From: Candidatus Fermentibacteraceae bacterium
GTDB taxonomy: Bacteria > Fermentibacterota > Fermentibacteria > Fermentibacterales > JCC-6
Direction: 5' to 3'
Length of the DNA: 64,000 bases
Assembly (NCBI GenBank): GCA_046485185.1
Contig: JAWOHL010000041.1
Coordinates: forward strand, 67,299-131,298
Shown here piece after piece: positions 18,241 through 26,294 of the stretch; positions within the stretch are counted from its first letter, which is position 1; every line of letters begins with the position of its first letter. Both the position numbers and the translations under genes were made by a program. The notes under the pieces are model-generated. The model was given only the letters and a program-made list of their open reading frames with translations. It did not search any database and had not been told where the DNA came from.

Positions 18241-19422
18241 ATGAACAGGAACACAAGGGCATGGACCATCGTCCTTGCCGGGATGGGCATCAACCTTTCC
18301 TTCGGCGTTCTCTACGCCTGGAGCATCTTCGCCGCCAACCTGCGGGAGTCCCTGGGGTGGAGCAGCACGCAGGCTTCGCTGCCCTACACGATGGCGGTGG
18401 CCATGTTCGCCGTAATGATGATCTTCGGGGGCCGTCTGCAGGACAAGTACGGGCCCAGGGTCGTAGTGACGCTGGCCGGGATGCTGGTGGGGGGAGGCAT
18501 GGTCCTTGCCAGCTTCTTCCAGACGGTTCCGGGGCTTGTGCTGTGTTTCGGCGTCATGGCAGGGTCGGGCATCGGCCTTGGTTACTCGGCCACCACCCCT
18601 GTCGCCATAAAGTGGTTCCCACCTGAGCGCAAGGGGCTCATCTCAGGCATGGTCGTGGGAGGGTTCGGTGCGGCAACCATCTACATCGCCCCCCTCACCA
18701 ACTACCTTATCCAGAACTACACGGTCTTCAACTCATTCCGCATCCTCGGGGCGGGCTTTTTCCTGGTGGTTGCGGGGCTTGCCCAGACTCTGAAAAACCC
18801 CGCACAGCAGGTGCAGACCTCCGGAAAACAGGCCAGGGTCTCAGGCCGTGACTACGACTGGAAACAGATGATACGCACCCGGCAGTTCTACCAGCTCTGG
18901 GTGATGTTCGTGGCCGGAGCACTTGCAGGCCTGATGATCATCGGCCACCTTTCCACGATCGCCAGTGTTCAGACCGGCCGGAACTTCGGCTTTCTGCTGG
19001 TGGCCTTCATGGCCATAAGCAACGCCCTCGGCCGCCCGATAGCGGGAACCATATCGGACAGACTGGGCCGGGCGAAGACCATGATGATCCTCTACCTGGC
19101 ACAGGGCACCGTTCTTCTTTTCTTCGCAAGCTTCGGCAGCTTCGCGTCGATACTCTTCGGCGCCATGGTCGTCACCTTTGCCTACGGCGCGATGCTCTCC
19201 GTCTACCCGTCGGCAGTGGGTGATTTCTACGGGACGAAGAACATGGGGTTGAACTACGGCGTGCTTTTCACCGCATGGGGCGTGGGGGGGCAGATCGGTC
19301 CCATGATGGCGGGAAGGATACTGGACTCGACAGGCGGCTACACCGCTGCCTATTACACAGCCGCAGCACTCTGCTTCGTGGCTGCCATCATCGGGTTCAC
19401 CCTCAAGCCGATCAGGGAGTGA
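18241..19422 (+). CDS. MFS transporter, oxalate/formate antiporter (OFA)-like
   Basis: 393 aa, about 12 TM segments, N-terminus WTIVLAGMGINLSFGVLYAWSIF. Confidence 0.8.
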   Translation: MNRNTRAWTIVLAGMGINLSFGVLYAWSIFAANLRESLGWSSTQASLPYTMAVAMFAVMMIFGGRLQDKYGPRVVVTLAGMLVGGGMVLASFFQTVPGLVLCFGVMAGSGIGLGYSATTPVAIKWFPPERKGLISGMVVGGFGAATIYIAPLTNYLIQNYTVFNSFRILGAGFFLVVAGLAQTLKNPAQQVQTSGKQARVSGRDYDWKQMIRTRQFYQLWVMFVAGALAGLMIIGHLSTIASVQTGRNFGFLLVAFMAISNALGRPIAGTISDRLGRAKTMMILYLAQGTVLLFFASFGSFASILFGAMVVTFAYGAMLSVYPSAVGDFYGTKNMGLNYGVLFTAWGVGGQIGPMMAGRILDSTGGYTAAYYTAAALCFVAAIIGFTLKPIRE

Positions 19423-19437
19423 TCCGGGGAGCAAGCC

Positions 19438-19740
19438 CTACTTCGCGCTAAGCTTCAGCCTGGCAGCGTTGATGGCCTCTTCGGGCGCCCTTTCCAGAAG
19501 GGTGATCTCTCCGTCCACCTGAACCCGTGCGCCCTCCTGGATCTCCACTCCGCCTTTGATCGTGACTCTGGCTTTTCTGCCGATGATCACGTTCGCGCCC
19601 TTTCTGATCACCACGGTCGGGCTGCGGACCGAGTAGCTGTAAAGGCTTCCGCAGTATGGGCATCGCAGTTTTCCCTCCCCCGACCGTTCAAGATCGGGTG
19701 CCCCGCACTGGCTGCAGGTAAAGGCTTTTTCAGAAGTCAT
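19438..19740 (-). CDS. Zinc-ribbon protein with a short beta-helix (bactofilin/hexapeptide-like) tail
   Basis: CSQCG...CPYCG, followed by VVIRKGANVIIGRKARVTIKGGVEIQEGARVQVDGEI. Confidence 0.55.
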   Translation of the reverse strand: MTSEKAFTCSQCGAPDLERSGEGKLRCPYCGSLYSYSVRSPTVVIRKGANVIIGRKARVTIKGGVEIQEGARVQVDGEITLLERAPEEAINAARLKLSAK

Positions 19741-19763
19741 CGATCCTCCTCACCTGTGACGGG

Positions 19764-20465
19764 TCAGATCGTCCAGCCCGTCATCAGGTAACGCAGGTCA
19801 GGCCCTTCGAATCCTATGGATACGCACTGGATGGCAGCTGCGAATACCGAGTCACCCAAGCACCAAACGTCCTGTATGCTGTAGCCGAACACCCATTGGA
19901 GGTTGCCGGTCCTGTCGGATGTCTCCATCACCGTGCGGGTGAGTCCTGTTACGTTGTCAGAGAACCGAACGGACAATTCCAGGGGCGGGAACCCCCAGAA
20001 CTCCTCCATCTCAGTCCTGGGGATCTCCACGGTAACGAGGTCGAGCGTGTAGTCACCAAGGTAGTAGGAGGGGGAGTAGTAAGTCGTGCAGAAGGTCACC
20101 GAGCTTCCCCCGAAGGTCATGTCGGTTGGGGGATGGTGAACCAGCAACGAGCCTGTTTCCCAGCCATCGATTGAAAGCTCGCGCAACGCCTCGGATGCCA
20201 TCCGCATACTCTCGGCCCCCGGGTCGCCGTCGCCCTTGAACCAGCCTTCCAGAACGACGCTGAACTCATGGATGACGGCTCCGTCAGCGGTTGACTGGAT
20301 GGTTACGGTGCTCCACGGGAAACCGCTGCCGTCCTGCACACCGTACTGCTCCCATGCGAAGCACTCACCGTCAGTGGAAAAGCCCATGAAACGAAGCGAT
20401 GCGGAGTCAGCGCCTGGAACTGGCCATGCCGTGAGAAGGATGACGGTTATCGTGAGGTGCCTCAT
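19764..20465 (-). CDS. Secreted protein resembling DUF2259
   Basis: Signal peptide. FMGFSTDGECFAWEQYGVQDGSGFPWS matches my memory of the DUF2259 N-terminal motif. Confidence 0.55.
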   Translation of the reverse strand: MRHLTITVILLTAWPVPGADSASLRFMGFSTDGECFAWEQYGVQDGSGFPWSTVTIQSTADGAVIHEFSVVLEGWFKGDGDPGAESMRMASEALRELSIDGWETGSLLVHHPPTDMTFGGSSVTFCTTYYSPSYYLGDYTLDLVTVEIPRTEMEEFWGFPPLELSVRFSDNVTGLTRTVMETSDRTGNLQWVFGYSIQDVWCLGDSVFAAAIQCVSIGFEGPDLRYLMTGWTI

Positions 20466-20567
20466 GAGGCCTCCGGGGTCCGGGGGGACACCAAACCTGA
20501 ATAAAACACAAATTGGTCTTTATGTTTATTAAGTATTCTGGGAGAGTCCTGAAGATTAATTTAGTAT

Positions 20568-20611
20568 GGTGTCCCCAAAATGATTCGGGGGGACACCGGT
20601 CGGTGCCCCCC
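20568..20611 (-). terminator. Intrinsic-terminator-like hairpins directly after rpsG
   Basis: Minus strand reads CGGGGGGCACCG-AC-CGGTGTCCCCCCG followed by GAAUCAUUUU. The segment 20587-20597 can instead pair with 20568-20576. Confidence 0.5.
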
Positions 20612-20619
20612 GATTGTCG

Positions 20620-21087
20620 TTACCAGCGGTAGTGGGCGAAAGCCTTGTTGGCTTCGGCCATCTTGTGGGTGTCTTCCCGCTTTTTGACGCTGTTGCCCTC
20701 GCCCTGTGAGGCCTCGATGAACTCCTGGGCCAGTCTTTGAGCCATGCTTCGCCCCTTGCGGCCCCTGGAGTAGCTGATGATCCAGCGCATGGCCAGGGCG
20801 TCGCGCTCACTCTGCTTCACCTCGACGGGAACCTGGTAGGTCGAACCGCCGACCCTTCTGGATTTGACCTTGAGGGTGGGGCGGACGTTGTTCATGGCCT
20901 TGTTGAAGACGGCCACGGGGTCCTGCCCGGTCTTTTCGGATATCATGTCGAAAGCGTCGTAGACAACGCCCTCGGCAACTGAGCGTTTGCCCTGGTGCAT
21001 GATGTTGTTTATGAACTTGGCGATCACCAGGTTTCCGTACTTCCTGTCCGGAAGTATCTCACGCCTTTTCGGTCTGTTTCTTCTCAT
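20620..21087 (-). CDS. rpsG: 30S ribosomal protein S7
   Basis: 155 aa, RRNRPKRREILPDRKYGN...AHYRW. Confidence 0.97.
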   Translation of the reverse strand: MRRNRPKRREILPDRKYGNLVIAKFINNIMHQGKRSVAEGVVYDAFDMISEKTGQDPVAVFNKAMNNVRPTLKVKSRRVGGSTYQVPVEVKQSERDALAMRWIISYSRGRKGRSMAQRLAQEFIEASQGEGNSVKKREDTHKMAEANKAFAHYRW

Positions 21088-21092
21088 GACGC

Positions 21093-21464
21093 CTACGCTT
21101 CCTTCTTCGTCCCGTACTTGGACCTGCTCTGCTTGCGACCGCTCACGCCGCTGGCGTCTTCCACACCACGGATGATGTGATAGCGCACGCCGGGAAGGTC
21201 CTTGACCCTGCCCCCGCGGACGAGAACCACGGAGTGCTCGTTGAGGTTGTGCCCCTCGCCGGGAATGTAGGCCGTTACTTCATAACCGTTGCGAAGCCTT
21301 ACCCTGGCCACTTTTCTGAGGGCTGAGTTGGGCTTTTTGGGCGTGGATGTATACACACGGGTGCAGATGCCCTTTTTCTGAGGGCAGGAGGTAAGCGCGG
21401 GGGCCTTTGTGTTGGCCTTCTGCTTGCTTCTCCCTGACCGCACCAGTTGGTTGATCGTGGGCAA
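21093..21464 (-). CDS. rpsL: 30S ribosomal protein S12 (TTG start)
   Basis: PTINQLVR...[11 protein letters not shown]...[21 protein letters not shown] 5 nt before the TTG. Confidence 0.97.
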   Translation of the reverse strand: MPTINQLVRSGRSKQKANTKAPALTSCPQKKGICTRVYTSTPKKPNSALRKVARVRLRNGYEVTAYIPGEGHNLNEHSVVLVRGGRVKDLPGVRYHIIRGVEDASGVSGRKQSRSKYGTKKEA

Positions 21465-21520
21465 ATTCTCTCCTTTCAGAACCTTACAGCGTTCGTTCCT
21501 TCATTGACGGAACAGCAAGT

Positions 21521-24500
21521 TTACGCATCGAAATGGAAATTGTCAAGCGTATCTTCTTCAGGCTCAAGCCTGACCGGCTCCGGCAGGGCGCCACCGTCGG
21601 GCAGGAAGAGCCTCACATTTTTGTACAGCGGTAAACCGGTCCCCGCGGGGATGAGGTGGCCGACAATAACGTTTTCCTTCAGGCCCTGAAGAGGATCGAC
21701 CTTGGCCTGGACAGCGGCATCAGCGAGAACGGTGTTCGTCTCCTGGAATGACGCGGCCGAGAGGAAACTGTCCGTCGCCAGGGAAGCCTTGGTGATGCCC
21801 AGCAGCAGAACATCGCTGGTGGCAGGCCTCTTGCCCTGCCTCATCACTTCCATGTTGTGACGGTTGAGGTCGAGTCTGTCCACCTGGGAGCCTTCAAGGA
21901 ACCTGGTGTCGCCCGGGTCCTCGATCTTGGCCTTGGACAGCATCTGGCGCACGACAATGCCCACATGCTTGTCGTTGATCTTCACTCCCTGAAGCCTGTA
22001 GACTTCCTGTATCTCGTTGAGAAGGTATTCCTCGACTGCCTCGGTTCCCCTGACCCTGAGAATGTCGTGGGGGTCGAGCGGGCCCTCGGTGAGCTTGTCA
22101 CCTGCCTCCACATGATCCGCCTCGCGCACCCTGATGTGCTTCGAAGCCTGTATCTTGAGGGAGGATTCCTGGCCCTGGTCGCCCCGGATGGTCACGGTGC
22201 GCATGGCGGCCTTGATCGAACTGAGACCGATCATGCCGCTGATCTCCGCGATCGCCGCAGCATCGAGAGGGCATCTCGCTTCCACGAGTTCCTCCACCCG
22301 GGGAAGGCCGCCGGTGATGTCCCTCTGCTGACCGAGCCTTCTCTCAATCCTGGCCAGGTGTACGCCCATCTTGATGAGAGCGCCGTCCTCCACACGCAGG
22401 TGAGCCCCGCTGGGGATTGGGTAGACACCGAGGACGTTGTCCTTGATGAACTCTTCCACCGGGTCCTGATCCTGGGTACGCTGCCGGCCACGGGCCACAG
22501 TGTGGCTTCGAAGACCCCTGCGGGAGAAGCTGGCTACGAAAAGTATCCTGCCCTGATCGATCGACTCGCAGAGCAGAGACACAAGTTTCCGGGTGCCCGT
22601 GTGGCCCCTGTTGAGGTCGGCGATGGAGAGCACCATGGGAACCTTTTTGCTGAACTCGAGCAGGGCGCTGATGAACTGGGTCTCCATCTCGTCGTTGTTC
22701 CTGGAGGATGTCTCGGAAAGGTTTTCCATGGCTGTTCTGAGGTTCTTCCAGAGTTCGCCGCCGCTCTTCCTGCCAAGGGGCTCCATGAGGTTGATGGCGT
22801 CAACGAAGGCGGCGTAACTGCCTGTGTGAGCCCTTCTGCAGTCAACGCCGACATGCGGGACCTTATCATCCCGAGTGGCTACGAAGTCCTCGAGGAGGGA
22901 TGTGTTCCTGACCGAGCCGAGGTCGCGGTAGGTGAAAACGATGCGGCCCGAGGCGGAATCCACCTCTCTCAGAAGGTCGTGCATGGTGCGGAGTTCCCTG
23001 TCCCTCCGCTGGGGTCTTCCGCTGAGTACCACGATGTGTTCCGGAAGGATGAAAAGGTGCGGATGGAGAGTTCGGCTGCGGTCCTCCACGATCACCATCT
23101 GTCTGCGCTGCTCGCTGTCGATCTCCTCCCTGAGGGTGATCTCTTCCTCGATGTCAACGTAGTGGACCGACCCGTTGTGTTCACTCACGATTGGGATGAT
23201 GAACGGATCGCTCTTGCAGATCAAGTCATCCCGCTCCACCTGCTGGTCCTCGGTGACACTGAGCAGTGAGCCTGGCACGATGTCGTAGGTTGACACCGCA
23301 TCGCCGCTTTCGTCGAGAATGATTATCTGGCCGTTCCTGGTGGCTATGCGGTTGACCTTTCCGGATTCTTCCGAACCCTCCACGATGTGGATGTTGCGGA
23401 AACTCACCTTGCCGGCGCGTCTGGCCCTGACTTCCGTTTCCTTGGCCTCACGGCCGGCGACACCGCCGGTGTGGAACGTGCGCAGGGTGAGCTGGGTGCC
23501 GGGTTCGCCGATGGACTGGGCGGCAATGACACCCACGGCTTCGCCCCTGGTCACCATGCGGTTTCGGCTGAGGTCCCATCCGTAGCACTTGGCGCAAAGG
23601 CCGTGTTCGGCCTCACAGGTGAGAACGCTACGGATCCTGACGGTCTCGATGCCCTTTTCCTCGATCCTGGCGGCGTGTTCCGCGGTTATCTCGCGTCCCG
23701 CCTCGAGGATGATCTCGTCACCGATGGGATCGAAGACGTCCTCGGCGGTGACCCTGCCCACGATCCTGTCACGGAGGGGTTCCAGCACCTCCTCGCCCTC
23801 TTTCAGGGCGCTGATGTTCCTGCCCCTGATCGTACCGCAGTCCTCGATGGTTATCACCACATCCTGGCAGACATCCACAAGACGCCTTGTGAGGTAACCC
23901 GCGTCGGCGGTCTTGAGGGCCGTATCCGCGAGACCTTTGCGGGAGCCGTGCGTGCTGATGGAGTACTCGATGACCGAGAGCCCTTCCTTCAGGGAGCTGA
24001 GAATGGGGGTTTCGATGGTTTCCCCCAGCTCACCGGAAAGCTTCTTCTTGGGCTTCGACATGAGACCCCTCATACCAGCAAGCTGCCTGACCTGGTCCAC
24101 ACTGCCCCTGGCGCCGGAGTGGGCCATCATGAAGATGGGGTTGAAACCATGTTTGTCCCTCTCGAGGACATCCATCATTGACTTCTTCACGTCTTCGGTG
24201 GCCTTGCTCCAGATGTCGATGATCCTGTTGTAACGCTCGGCTTCGGTGAGTTCGCCCTTCCCGGCTCTCTCCTCGACCTCGGCCACGAGCTTCCTGCCTT
24301 CACTGACGATCTCGGTCTTCATGTCGGGGATTATCATGTCCCGCATGCCCACGGTAAGCCCGCTGATGGTGCTGTAGTGGAAGCCGAGGCTCTTCAGGTT
24401 GTCGAGGAACACGGCGCAGGCCACGGCGCCCTCGTTGTGGTGGCACCTGGAGACCATCGAGGAAAGGCCCTTCTTGCCGAAGACCTTTTCGTGGGGGATC

Positions 24501-26293
24501 TGGCCGTTGGCCATTATGTAGCCCATGCCTTCGGGAACTATTCCGTTGAAAACCACCTGGCCGGGGGTCGTGTAGTCCTTCCAGTACGTGGGTTTCCTCA
24601 TCTCGCCATCGGTGCCGGTTTCGGCGATCCTGTTCACGCCCCTGATCTTTATCTTGGCATGATAGTCAACCTTGTCGGCGTCCAGCGCCCCGATTACCTC
24701 TTCCCTGCTCGAGAAGATCATCCCTTCGCCCATGGCGCCAACCATGGGTTTGGTCAGGTAGTACACTCCGATGACCATGTCATGGCTGGGTGTGACCACC
24801 GGTTCGCCGCTGGCGGGCTTGAGAATGTTCCTGCTTCCCAGCATGAGCATTCTGGCCTCGATCTGGGCTTCGGCGGAGAGGGGGACGTGCACCGCCATCT
24901 GGTCACCGTCAAAGTCGGCGTTGAAGGCAGCGCAGGAAAGCGGATGCAGCCTGATGGCAAGACCCTCGACCAGTACGGGTTCGAAGGCCTGGATTCCCAG
25001 CCTGTGCAGCGTGGGCGCCCTGTTGATGAGGACCGGGTGGTTCCTGATAACCTTTTCAAGTATGGCCCAGACCTCTTCCGGGCGCTCTTCGACCTTCTTC
25101 TGGGCCATTTTCACGCCGCAACCGTACTTCTTCTCCCACCTGGCCACGACGAAGGGTTTGAAGAGCTCGAGGGCCATGGTTTTGGGAAGGCCGCACTGAT
25201 GAAGCTTGAGTTCGGGGCCGACCACGATGACGCTTCGGCCGGAGTAGTCCACCCTCTTGCCCAGAAGGTTCTGACGGAACCTTCCCCGCTTCCCCTTCAG
25301 GAGGTCGGAAAGGCTTCGGAGAGGGCGCATGCCAGCGCCCTTCACTGGCTTGCGTCGACTGGAGTTGTCAAGCACCGCGTCTACGGCTTCCTGAAGCATC
25401 CGTTTTTCGTTGCGAAGGATCACGTCGGGCGCCTGGAGGTCGAGAAGCCTCTTCAGGCGGTTGTTCCTGTTGATGACCCTGCGGTAGAGGTCGTTAAGGT
25501 CGCTGCTTGCGAACCGGCCTCCGTCGAGGGGAACCAGGGGACGAAGACCCGGAGGAAGCACGGGAAGTATTCGCAGGATCATCCATTCAGGGCGGTTTTC
25601 AGCCCGGGAGTTGGTGAATGCCACCACTTCCTTCAGCCGCTTCACATTCTTCTGGCGTCTGGAAAGGGTCGTCTCGTTGGCGATGGAGGTGCGGAGCATG
25701 GCGGCAAGTTCCTCCAGGTCGAGCCCGGCCAGAAGGTTCGCGATGGCTTCGGCGCCCATGCCCACCTTGAAGGTGTCTTTCCCGTAGGTTTCCTTCGCGG
25801 CGAAGTACTCTTCGTCGCCGAGGACGGTGCCCGGCCTGAGCTGGGGATGATCGCTGGCAACGACTATGTAGGATTCGTAGTAGAGAACCCTTTCGAGATC
25901 GATGTTGGTTATGTCCAGAAGCTTCGAGATCTGGCGGTTCTTGTAGTACCATATGTGGCAGACGGGAACGGCAAGATCGATATGACCCATACGGCTGCGC
26001 CGCACCTTGGACATGGTCACTTCCACGCCGCAACGGTCGCATTTCACGCCTCGGTAACGGATCCTCTTGTACCTTCCGCAGGCGCACTCCCAATCCTTTT
26101 CCGGCCCGAAGATGCGCTCGCAGAAAAGACCGTCCGGCTCGGGTTTGTAGCTCCTGTAGTTAATCGTTTCAGCCTTGGTGACCTCGCCGTGGGACCAGTT
26201 CCTTATGGTGTCCGGAGAGGCGAGGCTTATGCGGATTCCCCGGAAATCGGTGGGGAAAGCATTCACATCTCTTGGAGAGGGATTGCTGTGCAT
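21521..26293 (-). CDS. rpoC: DNA-directed RNA polymerase subunit beta-prime with a large trigger-loop insertion
   Basis: NADFDGDQMAVH, Zn motif CACGRYKRIRYRGVKCDRCG. The ATG at 26293 lies 1 nt after the rpoB TAG, with GAGGAGGAG upstream. The track start at 26326 overlaps rpoB. Confidence 0.95.
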   Translation of the reverse strand: MHSNPSPRDVNAFPTDFRGIRISLASPDTIRNWSHGEVTKAETINYRSYKPEPDGLFCERIFGPEKDWECACGRYKRIRYRGVKCDRCGVEVTMSKVRRSRMGHIDLAVPVCHIWYYKNRQISKLLDITNIDLERVLYYESYIVVASDHPQLRPGTVLGDEEYFAAKETYGKDTFKVGMGAEAIANLLAGLDLEELAAMLRTSIANETTLSRRQKNVKRLKEVVAFTNSRAENRPEWMILRILPVLPPGLRPLVPLDGGRFASSDLNDLYRRVINRNNRLKRLLDLQAPDVILRNEKRMLQEAVDAVLDNSSRRKPVKGAGMRPLRSLSDLLKGKRGRFRQNLLGKRVDYSGRSVIVVGPELKLHQCGLPKTMALELFKPFVVARWEKKYGCGVKMAQKKVEERPEEVWAILEKVIRNHPVLINRAPTLHRLGIQAFEPVLVEGLAIRLHPLSCAAFNADFDGDQMAVHVPLSAEAQIEARMLMLGSRNILKPASGEPVVTPSHDMVIGVYYLTKPMVGAMGEGMIFSSREEVIGALDADKVDYHAKIKIRGVNRIAETGTDGEMRKPTYWKDYTTPGQVVFNGIVPEGMGYIMANGQIPHEKVFGKKGLSSMVSRCHHNEGAVACAVFLDNLKSLGFHYSTISGLTVGMRDMIIPDMKTEIVSEGRKLVAEVEERAGKGELTEAERYNRIIDIWSKATEDVKKSMMDVLERDKHGFNPIFMMAHSGARGSVDQVRQLAGMRGLMSKPKKKLSGELGETIETPILSSLKEGLSVIEYSISTHGSRKGLADTALKTADAGYLTRRLVDVCQDVVITIEDCGTIRGRNISALKEGEEVLEPLRDRIVGRVTAEDVFDPIGDEIILEAGREITAEHAARIEEKGIETVRIRSVLTCEAEHGLCAKCYGWDLSRNRMVTRGEAVGVIAAQSIGEPGTQLTLRTFHTGGVAGREAKETEVRARRAGKVSFRNIHIVEGSEESGKVNRIATRNGQIIILDESGDAVSTYDIVPGSLLSVTEDQQVERDDLICKSDPFIIPIVSEHNGSVHYVDIEEEITLREEIDSEQRRQMVIVEDRSRTLHPHLFILPEHIVVLSGRPQRRDRELRTMHDLLREVDSASGRIVFTYRDLGSVRNTSLLEDFVATRDDKVPHVGVDCRRAHTGSYAAFVDAINLMEPLGRKSGGELWKNLRTAMENLSETSSRNNDEMETQFISALLEFSKKVPMVLSIADLNRGHTGTRKLVSLLCESIDQGRILFVASFSRRGLRSHTVARGRQRTQDQDPVEEFIKDNVLGVYPIPSGAHLRVEDGALIKMGVHLARIERRLGQQRDITGGLPRVEELVEARCPLDAAAIAEISGMIGLSSIKAAMRTVTIRGDQGQESSLKIQASKHIRVREADHVEAGDKLTEGPLDPHDILRVRGTEAVEEYLLNEIQEVYRLQGVKINDKHVGIVVRQMLSKAKIEDPGDTRFLEGSQVDRLDLNRHNMEVMRQGKRPATSDVLLLGITKASLATDSFLSAASFQETNTVLADAAVQAKVDPLQGLKENVIVGHLIPAGTGLPLYKNVRLFLPDGGALPEPVRLEPEEDTLDNFHFDA

Positions 26294-26294
26294 T

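Noticed and set aside
12406-20465. Whether the block between rpsG and fusA is a genomic island or mobile element.
   Set aside because: I could see no integrase, transposase, tRNA attachment site, flanking direct repeats or marked GC shift. Only short AT-rich promoter islands stand out.
22322-23455. Possibility that the large rpoC insertion is an intein.
   Set aside because: There is no Cys/Ser/Thr plus His-Asn splice-junction pattern and no homing-endonuclease motifs. The flanks look like SBHM repeats, as in known trigger-loop insertions.
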